From the NCBI GenBank assembly GCA_902582385.1, contig CACHRX010000001.1, positions 24,134 through 88,133 of the forward strand: 64,000 nt of DNA, in the 5' to 3' direction. Of this stretch, positions 1 through 9,247 are shown piece by piece. The translations under genes and the position numbers were made by a program. How positions within the stretch are numbered: position 1 is the first letter of the stretch; each line of letters begins with the position of its first letter. Below the pieces are notes generated by a model, which saw nothing but the letters and a program-made list of their open reading frames with translations, was not told the origin of the DNA and did not search any database. Source of the DNA: an uncultured Pelagibacteraceae bacterium (GTDB taxonomy: Bacteria > Pseudomonadota > Alphaproteobacteria > Pelagibacterales > Pelagibacteraceae).

Positions 1-553
1 TACCATTAGTCTTTTTTACTTTTTTAGGTTTAGAATAGTTTGCTTTATCAAATTGTATATCTTTAGGAATATCAACTAATACAGGTCCTGGTCTTCCAGT
101 TGTTGCAACATGAAAAGCATCATGTAAAATCTTTGGCAGATCTTTGATGTCTTTAACTAGCCAATTATGTTTTGTACACGGTCTAGTTATTCCTGTAGTA
201 TCACATTCTTGAAAAGCATCAGTTCCGATTAAATGTGTTGGTACTTGTCCTGAGATACATACTAAAGGAACTGAGTCCATATATGCATCAGTCAAAGCTG
301 TAACAACATTTGTTGCACCTGGTCCTGAAGTAACTAAAACTACTCCAGGTTTTCCTGATGACCTTGCATAACCTTCAGCAGCATGACCTGCGCCTTGTTC
401 ATGTCTTACTAAAATATGCTTGATTGATGAATGATTTTTTAACTCATCATAAATTGGAAGCACTGCTCCTCCAGGATACCCAAAAATAAATTCAACATCC
501 TGATCTTCAAGACATTTAAATACAATTTCAGCTCCTGAATATAATTTAGACAT
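1..553 (-). CDS. ilvI: Acetolactate synthase large subunit, N-terminal part (runs off the window)
   Basis: Manual translation from ATG 553: [37 protein letters not shown]...[17 protein letters not shown]...TSGPGATN; not in the ORF track. Confidence 0.95.
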   Translation of the reverse strand, partial: MSKLYSGAEIVFKCLEDQDVEFIFGYPGGAVLPIYDELKNHSSIKHILVRHEQGAGHAAEGYARSSGKPGVVLVTSGPGATNVVTALTDAYMDSVPLVCISGQVPTHLIGTDAFQECDTTGITRPCTKHNWLVKDIKDLPKILHDAFHVATTGRPGPVLVDIPKDIQFDKANYSKPKKVKKTNG

Positions 554-559
554 TAGGGC

Positions 560-589
560 AATCTAGCTGAAGTTGTGCTAATTGGTCAA
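560..589 (-). promoter_or_regulatory. Sigma70-type promoter for ilvI (probably leaderless)
   Basis: TTGACC-18 nt-TAGATT, then 6 nt to the ATG. Confidence 0.55.
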
Positions 590-606
590 GGCTAACTATA
601 AAATAT

Positions 607-1515
607 CTAAATTTTTATTAGAAATTTATTTAAACTATTTGAATTAATCTTATTCCAATCATTCATATTACCTCTAGCCCAAGTAGCCTGTCTTTTGGCG
701 TATTGTCTAGTCTTTATTGATATTTTTTCTATAACTTCATCAATTTCTATTTTTTTATTAAGATAATCTTTAATCACATTGATGCCTATAGCCTTATTAG
801 CAGTTTTATTCGGAGCAATTTTGAGCTTTATAAATTTTCTTACTTCCTTAACAGCACCTTTTTTGATCATTTCTACTGTTCGACTATTAATTCTCTTAAT
901 CAACTCATCCCTTGGAAAATCGATATAAATTTTATAAAAATCTTTTTTTTCATGAATTGACGATGTATTTTTAAACCAATCATATAAAGATTTTTTTGTA
1001 AATAACTTTACCTCATAAGCTCTAATTGCTCTTTGAGTATCTGACGGTTTGATATGATTTTTAGATAAAGGGTCAATTTTTAATAATTCTAAAAAAAAAT
1101 TTTTAGTTCCAATTTTTTTATGTAGGGATCTTATATTTTTTCTTAAACTAAGAGGAATATTTGGGATTTCTACTAACCCTTCAGTTATAGCCTTAAAGTA
1201 TAATCCGGTACCACCAACTAATATTGGAACTTTTTTTCTTTTTTTAATTTCTACTATCTTTTTATTTACAAGTTTTAACCATTCACCCGTAGAAAAATTA
1301 TTTTTTACACTTTTGATACCATATAAATGATGTCTTATTTTTTGGTAATCTTTTTTAGAGGGTCTTGCTGATAAAGTTTTTAAATCTTTATAAATTTGCA
1401 TACTATCTGCATTAATAATTTCTGCGTTTATTTTTTTTGCTAGTTTAATTGCAAATTTAGATTTACCAGATGCAGTAGGTCCATAAATTAAAATAATTTT
1501 GGATTTTAAATCCAT
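607..1515 (-). CDS. miaA: tRNA dimethylallyltransferase
   Basis: GPTASGKS P-loop, INADSMQIY, VGGTGLY, TRQYAKRQ motifs. Confidence 0.97.
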   Translation of the reverse strand: MDLKSKIILIYGPTASGKSKFAIKLAKKINAEIINADSMQIYKDLKTLSARPSKKDYQKIRHHLYGIKSVKNNFSTGEWLKLVNKKIVEIKKRKKVPILVGGTGLYFKAITEGLVEIPNIPLSLRKNIRSLHKKIGTKNFFLELLKIDPLSKNHIKPSDTQRAIRAYEVKLFTKKSLYDWFKNTSSIHEKKDFYKIYIDFPRDELIKRINSRTVEMIKKGAVKEVRKFIKLKIAPNKTANKAIGINVIKDYLNKKIEIDEVIEKISIKTRQYAKRQATWARGNMNDWNKINSNSLNKFLIKI

Positions 1516-1518
1516 ATT

Positions 1519-2925
1519 TTAATCTAACTTAATACCAATATATCTTCTTTGATTTTGGCTGTTATAAATAACTAAAAGTATAGTTTTCTGATTACTTTTT
1601 AGAACTTGATTCACTGCTTGGTTCAGATCATTTACTGTTCTTATTTTTTTCTTTTGTGCCTCTAAAATTATACTGTTAATTTCTAATGTGTTAATCAAAG
1701 GACTATCATTCTCAATTTTAGTTATAACTAATCCTGTAGTTTGATTAGGTAAATTTCGTGCTTTTATATCTTCTTTATTGATTTCTCTTACAGAAATTTT
1801 CAAATTTTCAATTCCCTGTTCTTTTAATGGTTTAGTTTTCTCAGTAACCTTAAAATCTTCTGATGTTTCTAGTCTTCCAAGAGTTATTGTTTTGACTATC
1901 TCTTTTTTATTTCTCCAAATTTTAACCTTTACTTTTTTTCCGACTTTTGTTCTTGCAACTATAATAGGTAGTTCTTTCATTTCTTTAATTTTTTCTCCAT
2001 TAAATTCAAGAATAATATCACCTGCTTTTACTCCAGCTTTATCTGAAGGACTATTTTGTGCAACACTTGCAACTAATGCACCACGAGGCTCATCTAATTT
2101 TTCTATCTCTGCTATTTCTTTTGTTACGTCTTGAATTCTAACGCCTAGCCATCCTCTTTTTGTTTCACCAAACTCAATTAACTGATCAATAACAATTTTA
2201 GCACTATTAGAAGGTATTGAGAATCCAATTCCTATAGATCCACTTCTTCCTAAAATAGCAGTATTAATTCCTATAACATCTCCATTCATATCAAATAAAG
2301 GTCCACCAGAATTTCCTGAATTTATTGAAGCATCGGTTTGAATGTAATCTTCATATCTTGAAAGTCCTATAGATCGATTTCTAGCTGAAATAATTCCAGA
2401 AGTAACAGTTCCGCCAAGACCAAATGGGTTTCCAATTGCTATTACCCAATCTCCAATTCTAGCTTTATCTGAATTTCCAAATTTTACTGGAACAAATTTT
2501 TCTGTTGTTTCTAATTGTAAAACTGCAATATCAGATAAAGGATCAGATCCGACAACTTTAGCTTTATATTCTTTGTCTCCATTCACTCTAATTATTATAT
2601 CTTCTGCATCTTGAATTACGTGGTTGTTTGTAACTACCAACCCTCTTTCACTAATAATAAATCCTGAACCTAAAGCTGATGACTTTCTTTCTTGTGGAGT
2701 TCCAAACTCTTTAAACATATCTTCAAATGGTGAACCTGGTGGAAATTGAAAAGGAAAAGGGTTTGAGCTAGTTACTACCGTTTGGGTTGTAGAAATATTT
2801 ACTACTGAAGGCATCAATTTTTCAGCTAAGTCTGCAAAGGACTCTGGGACACTTTGGGAAATCGAGTATGTTTGTAAATTTAAAGAAAATACTATTGCAA
2901 AAAAAAATATCCTTAACTTTTTCAT
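1519..2925 (-). CDS. degP: Do/DegP-family periplasmic serine protease with two PDZ domains
   Basis: Signal peptide, TNNHV, DIAVL, IQTDASINSGNSGGPL. Confidence 0.93.
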   Translation of the reverse strand: MKKLRIFFFAIVFSLNLQTYSISQSVPESFADLAEKLMPSVVNISTTQTVVTSSNPFPFQFPPGSPFEDMFKEFGTPQERKSSALGSGFIISERGLVVTNNHVIQDAEDIIIRVNGDKEYKAKVVGSDPLSDIAVLQLETTEKFVPVKFGNSDKARIGDWVIAIGNPFGLGGTVTSGIISARNRSIGLSRYEDYIQTDASINSGNSGGPLFDMNGDVIGINTAILGRSGSIGIGFSIPSNSAKIVIDQLIEFGETKRGWLGVRIQDVTKEIAEIEKLDEPRGALVASVAQNSPSDKAGVKAGDIILEFNGEKIKEMKELPIIVARTKVGKKVKVKIWRNKKEIVKTITLGRLETSEDFKVTEKTKPLKEQGIENLKISVREINKEDIKARNLPNQTTGLVITKIENDSPLINTLEINSIILEAQKKKIRTVNDLNQAVNQVLKSNQKTILLVIYNSQNQRRYIGIKLD

Positions 2926-2926
2926 A

Positions 2927-3112
2927 TCAATTTTTTATATAATAAATAATTACAAAACCTATTATCGCAAAGATTAATCCACCTATTCTTAGTTGATTAT
3001 CTTTAACTAGTTCTAATTTTCTAATCATAGACCTCATTTTTGATGGAAATAAGGCATATAAAATTCCTTCTATGAATAAGAACAGACCAAAAGCTATGAT
3101 CAATTCTTTCAT
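2927..3112 (-). CDS. DUF2065 small membrane protein
   Basis: GLFLFIEGILYALFP...LRIGGL; usual position after hflC. Confidence 0.85.
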   Translation of the reverse strand: MKELIIAFGLFLFIEGILYALFPSKMRSMIRKLELVKDNQLRIGGLIFAIIGFVIIYYIKN

Positions 3113-3119
3113 TTAAGAT

Positions 3120-3989
3120 TTAATTTGATTTAGGTTTTATATTTCCAAAGAATTTAAAAAACTCACTATCTGGGGATAAAATTAGTGAAGTTTCACCTCC
3201 AATTAAAGCTTTTTCATAAGCTTGCATAGCTCTGTAAAATGCAAAAAATTCTGGATCTTGGCCAAAAGCTCCTGCAAAGATATTGTTTCTCTTTCCATCT
3301 CCTTCACCCTTCATTATCTCTGATTTTTTTTGAGCGTCAGCTAATATTACAGTAACCTCTTTGTCCGCAGTAGAAGTAATAGTTACAGCCATCTCCGCAC
3401 CTCTTGCTCTAAATTCTTTTGCTTCTCTCTCCCTTTCAGTCTGCATTCTTCTGAAAATTGCATCACTGTTTGCTTGAGGTAGATCTGCTCTTTTAATTCT
3501 AACATCATTTATTTTGATACCAAAATTTTCAGCTTCATTATTCACACCCTCTTGAATTAAAGCCATCTGTTTTGTTCTATCCTCTGATAAAAGTGTTTGC
3601 AGTTCTTGTTGACCTAAAACGTTTCTTATTCTTGAGTTTATAATTGTTGCTAGTCTTGATCTTGCTACTCTCTCGTTTCCAACAGAGATATAAAATTTAA
3701 GAGGATCAATAATTTGAAATCTCGCAAAAGCATCTACAATTAATCGTTTTTGGTCCGATGCAATTACCTCTTCTGGTGGAGTATCCAAATTTAAAATTCT
3801 TTTATCCAAAAAAACAACATTTTGAATAAATGGAATCTTAAAATTTAATCCTGGCTTTGAAATTATTCTTTTAGGATCACCAAATTGAAGAACAATAGCT
3901 TGATTTACTTCTTTTACTATAAAGATAGAAAAAAATGCTGTTGCAGCAAGTGCAACTATTACTCCAGCTATAATTTTTCCTATGTTCAT
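3120..3989 (-). CDS. hflC: FtsH modulator HflC
   Basis: SPFH domain, RMQTERERE, FFAFYRAMQAY; follows hflK. Confidence 0.96.
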   Translation of the reverse strand: MNIGKIIAGVIVALAATAFFSIFIVKEVNQAIVLQFGDPKRIISKPGLNFKIPFIQNVVFLDKRILNLDTPPEEVIASDQKRLIVDAFARFQIIDPLKFYISVGNERVARSRLATIINSRIRNVLGQQELQTLLSEDRTKQMALIQEGVNNEAENFGIKINDVRIKRADLPQANSDAIFRRMQTEREREAKEFRARGAEMAVTITSTADKEVTVILADAQKKSEIMKGEGDGKRNNIFAGAFGQDPEFFAFYRAMQAYEKALIGGETSLILSPDSEFFKFFGNIKPKSN

Positions 3990-3990
3990 T

Positions 3991-5100
3991 TTAATTAGTC
4001 GCTTTCTTTTTACTTAATTCTGGTAATGGAAGATAAGGAACTACGCCTGAGCCTGCATTTTTTTCGATTATCACTTTATCTATGTCAGCTAAAACTTTTT
4101 CCATTGTCTCTAAATACATTCTTTCTTGTGTCACTGATTTTGCCATTTTATACTCATTATAGATTGCTAAAAATCTACTAGCTTCACCTTCTGCCTTAGC
4201 AACAACTTCTTTTTTATAGGCTTCCGCAGCTTGTAAAATCTTTTGTGCTTCTCCTCGTGCTCTTGGAATTACATCATTTGCATAAGCCTCAGCCTCATTT
4301 TTTGATCTCTCCATATCAGCTCTTGCGGCTTGTACGTCCCTAAATGCATCAATTACTTGATCAGGTGGATCAGCTTTTTGAGTTTGAACTTGAGTTATTT
4401 GAATACCACTAGTGTATTCATCTAAAATTTTTTGAATTATTTCTTGAGTATCTGTCTCTATAATTGATCTACCTTCTGTTAAAATTGGTTGTATATCTGA
4501 TCTCGCTATAACTTCTCTCATCGCTGTTTCTGCAGCTGCTTTTACTGTTCCCTCTGGATCTTGAATTTTAAACAAAAAATTTCCTGCATCTTTAATTACC
4601 CAAAAAACTGAAAAATCAATATTAACGATATTTTCATCACCTGTTAACATTAAACTTTCTTGGGGTACATCTGCAACTCCTCCTTGGGAAGAAAAGCCAC
4701 TATCTCTTTCAGATCTAAAACCAATATCTATTCTATTTACTTTTGTAACTTTGGGAGTGAGTACTGATTCAACTGGAAAAGGAATATGATAATTTAGTCC
4801 AGGCTGAGTTGTTTTAACAAATTTTCCAAATCTTAAAACAACACCTTGTTCGTCAGGTAAAACTCTATAAAGGCCACTCGCTAGCCATACAAAACCTAAA
4901 ATAATTAAAACTAAAATAGCTTGTTTACCCCCAGAGGAACTACCGCCTGGTAAAAATTTCTTTAATTTCTCTTGAAACTCTTTAATAATTTTTTCAACAT
5001 CTGGAGGTGTTGGACCTCTCCCAGAACCATTGCCGCTTCCTCCACCACCTGGTGGTGTTCCCCACGGACTTCCACCTCTTTGTTGAAAATCGTCTGACAT
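3991..5100 (-). CDS. hflK: FtsH modulator HflK
   Basis: Gly-rich N-terminus with PW, MLTGDENIV, VIPRARGEA, ERMYLETME. Confidence 0.96.
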   Translation of the reverse strand: MSDDFQQRGGSPWGTPPGGGGSGNGSGRGPTPPDVEKIIKEFQEKLKKFLPGGSSSGGKQAILVLIILGFVWLASGLYRVLPDEQGVVLRFGKFVKTTQPGLNYHIPFPVESVLTPKVTKVNRIDIGFRSERDSGFSSQGGVADVPQESLMLTGDENIVNIDFSVFWVIKDAGNFLFKIQDPEGTVKAAAETAMREVIARSDIQPILTEGRSIIETDTQEIIQKILDEYTSGIQITQVQTQKADPPDQVIDAFRDVQAARADMERSKNEAEAYANDVIPRARGEAQKILQAAEAYKKEVVAKAEGEASRFLAIYNEYKMAKSVTQERMYLETMEKVLADIDKVIIEKNAGSGVVPYLPLPELSKKKATN

Positions 5101-5110
5101 ATGACAATCT

Positions 5111-5138
5111 ATATAATGTCTTTATGTGGAAAAACAAG
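5111..5138 (-). promoter_or_regulatory. Putative RpoH-type promoter for hflKC-DUF2065-degP
   Basis: CTTG-17 nt-ATTATAT, resembling the alphaproteobacterial sigma32 consensus CTTG-N17-CYTATNT. Confidence 0.4.
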
Positions 5139-5151
5139 TTAAGATCTAAAT

Positions 5152-5976
5152 ATGCCAAAGGAAAAACCAGAATTAAGTGACGCAATGCGAAAGAAAATGA
5201 CTGGTAAAATACCTGAAAAAAACCCTATCAAAGGAACTAAATTTACCATAGCAATATCAAGTGCTAAAGGAGGGGTTGGAAAATCTACTTTTGCAACAAA
5301 CTTAGCCTTAGCACTTAAGAATACTGGGTGCAAAGTAGGTTTATTAGATGCTGACATATATGGTCCTTCTATTCCAAAGATGTTTAACATTGTTGAAAAA
5401 CCCAAAAGTGATGGACAAAAATTAGAGCCAATATTAAGATATGATGTTCAGTGTATGTCTATCGGTTTCTTAGCAGATCAAGAAACTCCTATGATATGGC
5501 GAGGACCAATGGTAACTAGCGCGATCAAAACTTTTACTCAAAAGGTTAATTGGAATAATTTAGATTTTATAATTGTTGATATGCCACCTGGAACTGGAGA
5601 TACTCAATTAACTTTTTCACAAGAAATTAAAATGGATGGTGCGATAATAGTTTCAACACCTCAAGAGGTAGCTTTGCTGGATGTTAAAAGAGGAATTAAA
5701 ATGTTTGATAAACTTGGTGTTAAAATTTTAGGTTTAGTAGATAATATGAGCTTTTTTATTGGAGATGATGGTAAAAAATATAAAATTTTCGGAGAGGGGG
5801 GTGTCGAAAAAACTGCTAAAGAATTTAAAAAAGAATTTTTAGGACAAATACCAATAAACCCTGAGGTTGGTAGGTCTGGGGATAATGGTATACCAATAGT
5901 TGAGTCTAATCCAGAACATGAGATTTCCAAAATTTATTTAAATTTTGCAAATAAAATTAAATTAACTTATCTTTAA
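5152..5976 (+). CDS. apbC: Mrp/ApbC Fe-S cluster carrier ATPase
   Basis: [33 protein letters not shown]. Confidence 0.93.
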   Translation: MPKEKPELSDAMRKKMTGKIPEKNPIKGTKFTIAISSAKGGVGKSTFATNLALALKNTGCKVGLLDADIYGPSIPKMFNIVEKPKSDGQKLEPILRYDVQCMSIGFLADQETPMIWRGPMVTSAIKTFTQKVNWNNLDFIIVDMPPGTGDTQLTFSQEIKMDGAIIVSTPQEVALLDVKRGIKMFDKLGVKILGLVDNMSFFIGDDGKKYKIFGEGGVEKTAKEFKKEFLGQIPINPEVGRSGDNGIPIVESNPEHEISKIYLNFANKIKLTYL

Positions 5977-6904
5977 TATCAAAAGCTAACATTAATTCAT
6001 TCCATTCCCTTTTTGATAAACCTGAGCTATTAACGTCAACATTTTGACCTTTAATAAGTTTTTGAATAATTAATTTTCCTTTCGCTGAAACCTCTGTTCC
6101 ACCAACTCTATAATCCATAAATGCATCATAAGTTATAGGAACCCATTTTTTTAAGGTATCTAACATTATATCTGCATATACCCGGATTTCATATTGAGCG
6201 TGATGATCGGCTCTTAATCTTAAAAAGTTCATTAGATTCAACAAATCCGTTTTCCAATACCACTGTGTGTATGTATTTAAAGTTAAATTCATTCTAGCGA
6301 GTTCTCTAGCTAAACCTTTTTTATTCCCATCAATAGTGGATCCATCATATTTTTCATTAAGCATTGTCTCATAGTTTGTATAAGTTCTTTCAGCATCGTT
6401 TTTTAAAAGCTCTAAAACTTCTTCAGCTTGTTTACCTTCAAGAACATCTCCTCTGCCTTGTCTGTTACTTGTAGATTGTGCTGCTAAATTTTCTTTTGAG
6501 GGTAAATAAAATTCTTTATCAAGTATTGAATATCTTGCTGAATACTCATTCACATTTGCTGTTCTGTGTCTAATCCATTGTCTAGCAATAAATATTGGTA
6601 ATTTGATATGATATTTTATTTCACACATTTCAAATGGGGTGCTATGCCAATGGCGCATTAAATATTTTATTAAACCCGAATCTGTTGATACTTGTTTTGT
6701 ACCTTTACCATAAGAAACTCTCGCTGATTGGACAATTGAAGTATCATCGCCCATATAATCAACAACTCTTACAAAACCATGATCTAGTGCCGGTAAAGCT
6801 TCATAAAGAACTTTTTCAAGCTCAGGGGCTGTAACTCTTTTTGTTTTATTCTGTTGAGATTGTTGATTTTTAATCTCATTTGATTGTTCTTTTGTTAATT
6901 TCAT
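5957..6904 (-). CDS. thyX: Flavin-dependent thymidylate synthase
   Basis: [33 protein letters not shown]; start moved to ATG 6904 because the track ORF extends into the tmRNA. Confidence 0.96.
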   Translation of the reverse strand: MKLTKEQSNEIKNQQSQQNKTKRVTAPELEKVLYEALPALDHGFVRVVDYMGDDTSIVQSARVSYGKGTKQVSTDSGLIKYLMRHWHSTPFEMCEIKYHIKLPIFIARQWIRHRTANVNEYSARYSILDKEFYLPSKENLAAQSTSNRQGRGDVLEGKQAEEVLELLKNDAERTYTNYETMLNEKYDGSTIDGNKKGLARELARMNLTLNTYTQWYWKTDLLNLMNFLRLRADHHAQYEIRVYADIMLDTLKKWVPITYDAFMDYRVGGTEVSAKGKLIIQKLIKGQNVDVNSSGLSKREWNELMLAFDIKDKLI

Positions 6905-6944
6905 GAATTTTATTGAATCTATTACAATAGCTTTTATATTAATA

Positions 6945-7205
6945 GTGTTGGCTTGCCAACTACGACGATAAACGAATTTCGTAATAACCATTACGGACGT
7001 GGGGGCAGTACCCACCACCTCCACCACTACAACTTATGGGGGTGAACTAGATTCGACGGATGACTAAAGGCTATTCTTTCGTTCGGCATTGTTCCACCGT
7101 AACGGGCTAATTTATAATTGCTAACGAAAGTTACGCACTTGCTGCTTAATTAACTTTGTTGATTAAGTAAACGGGGTCTGGGGCACCTGGCAACAGAACG
7201 CCCCT
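6945..7205 (+). ncRNA. ssrA: Two-piece (circularly permuted) tmRNA
   Basis: 3' acceptor half GTGGG-GGCAGTA-CCCAC-CACCTCCACCA ends at 7026; 11-nt spacer; 5' half GGGGGTGAACTAGATTCGAC starts at 7038; G3-U70 pair; tag frame 7120-7149 reads ANESYALAA*; terminal GGGGC..GCCCC hairpin. Outer ends approximate. Confidence 0.95.
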
Positions 7206-7219
7206 ACTCATTTGTTAAT

Positions 7220-9247
7220 TTAGTTTGCGGTATCAACGTTTTTTATTTCATTAATCTTTTTTATTATTAGATTGTTTATCATTTCAGAACCTTTTAGTGA
7301 TGGGTGATTATCATCAAAATAAAACAAATTTTTATCATCATGAGTTACACATCTATCTTTTAAGACTGTATTACAGAATAAACTATGGGGGTAAACTCTA
7401 TAAATATTTTCATTTTTAATTGAGTCTAATAATTCAAAACTAGTTTTAGTTCTATTTTGATATACTTCATAAGAAGTTGTTACATATTGTAAATCGAAAT
7501 CCCTTGAAAATTTATTTTTTCTATCAATCCAAATTTTATTAGCAACATGCCATCCAACCTCTGGAATTGGATAAATTAATATTATTTTATTATTTTTTGA
7601 CAATTCTAATACTTCATTTTTAAAAGAACTAGAAATAGTTTCATATTTGCCTATCGAAACAAATTTTTCTACCATTTCTTTCCCTTCTTTGCCCTCAACT
7701 CCTCCCTCTTGATTATCAAAAAGGTAATTTGATAGATGGGCAGGAAATCTCCCACCTATTATAATAATTGAATTTGTTTCATTAGATAAAGTTTCTTTTA
7801 ATTTTATAAAATAATTATTATTACATTGACTATCTACTCTTTTTGTTTTCACATTTATTAGATTAAAACCTGGAAAAAAATTACAAACTGTAGAAGTTGT
7901 AAATTGATAGTCTTTTTTTACAACTTTATCTTTTAAGTCAAACATTATAGCTGCCATGTGACTATCGCCGATTAAATGAACTTTATTTTTCGAAGAAATA
8001 TTAAATTTACATCCATCATAATTACCATGACATGGTTTGCCCTCTGAATTTTTTAATAGTTCCCAAGGTCTTTCTGTTAGATCTTTTTGTAAAATTCTTG
8101 GTAATCTGTTTTTAAATCCCTCTTTTAAGATTATATTTGAATTAAAAGTTATTAAAATTACTAAAGAAATTATAATTAAACTAATTATAACTCGAAATTT
8201 ATTATTTATATTTCTAGCAGGTCTTTCAATGAAATAATAAGAAATGATAGATAGTATCAATATTATTACTCCCAATAATAATTTTTTGAATATATCGTAT
8301 TCTGCAAATTTTGTTACTCTAGAAAAAGCAAACACTGGATAATGCCAAAGATACAAGGAATAAGAAATAAGACCAATTCCTACAAATAATTTTGTTGAAA
8401 GTAATCTGGTAATTAATTCATCTTTATTTGAAAACCAAATTATTAGACACACACCTATTACAGATGGTAAAGTATAAAATGAAGGATGAAACATTCCATC
8501 ATTTAAAGACAAAATAGAGTAACCTATTAAGATCAAACCTAAACTTGGTAATATTAAATTCAAAGTTTTTTGTTCACTTCTATGTCCTAGTGAGATCTCA
8601 AAATATGCTAAAATTGAGCCTGCTAAAAGTTCCCACATTCTAGTATGTGGAAAATAAAATGTTACTGAAGTATAATTTCTGCTTCCCCAATCAGCTAACC
8701 CTAAACTTATTATAAAACCTAGAATTAAAGTATGGATTAAATATTTTCTAAAATATCTGAAAATAACTATAAAAACTAAAGGAAATAAAATATAGAATTG
8801 CTCTTCTACTGATAATGACCAGGTGTGAAGAAACGGTTTTAGTAATCCACTATAAGCACCATATTCTTGGCCTGAATAATGAAAGTAAAAATTTGAGCTA
8901 AATCCAAGTGAGTAAAGAATTGATTTAGAAAAATCTACAAAACTAGAGGTCAAAAAAAACATCCAAGCGAATGGGAGTGATGCCAACATCACAAAAAGAA
9001 GTGCTGGTAGTATTCTTCTTACTCGTCTTTGATAAAAATTTTTAAAAGAAAAAGATCCTGTTGTTATTAATTCTTTTAAAATAATTGATGTAATTAAATA
9101 TCCTGATATTACAAAAAATATATCAACTCCGATAAACCCTCCTGCAAAAGAATATCCTAAGATACTAATTTGGGCATGATAAAGAATGACAGCACCAACA
9201 GCTATTGCTCTTAAACCATCTATCTCTGGTCTATAATTAAGTTTCAT
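7220..9247 (-). CDS. OafA-like O-acyltransferase (acyltransferase-3 membrane domain fused to SGNH domain)
   Basis: YRPEIDGLRAIAV, GVDIFFVISGYLIT, HTWSLSVEEQFY, SYSLYLWH; SGNH motifs GDSH and DDNH. Confidence 0.92.
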   Translation of the reverse strand: MKLNYRPEIDGLRAIAVGAVILYHAQISILGYSFAGGFIGVDIFFVISGYLITSIILKELITTGSFSFKNFYQRRVRRILPALLFVMLASLPFAWMFFLTSSFVDFSKSILYSLGFSSNFYFHYSGQEYGAYSGLLKPFLHTWSLSVEEQFYILFPLVFIVIFRYFRKYLIHTLILGFIISLGLADWGSRNYTSVTFYFPHTRMWELLAGSILAYFEISLGHRSEQKTLNLILPSLGLILIGYSILSLNDGMFHPSFYTLPSVIGVCLIIWFSNKDELITRLLSTKLFVGIGLISYSLYLWHYPVFAFSRVTKFAEYDIFKKLLLGVIILILSIISYYFIERPARNINNKFRVIISLIIISLVILITFNSNIILKEGFKNRLPRILQKDLTERPWELLKNSEGKPCHGNYDGCKFNISSKNKVHLIGDSHMAAIMFDLKDKVVKKDYQFTTSTVCNFFPGFNLINVKTKRVDSQCNNNYFIKLKETLSNETNSIIIIGGRFPAHLSNYLFDNQEGGVEGKEGKEMVEKFVSIGKYETISSSFKNEVLELSKNNKIILIYPIPEVGWHVANKIWIDRKNKFSRDFDLQYVTTSYEVYQNRTKTSFELLDSIKNENIYRVYPHSLFCNTVLKDRCVTHDDKNLFYFDDNHPSLKGSEMINNLIIKKINEIKNVDTAN

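Noticed and set aside
6905-7027. 41-aa N-terminal extension of ThyX in the ORF track
   Set aside because: It is antisense to the tmRNA acceptor piece and its promoter; ATG 6904 is the plausible start
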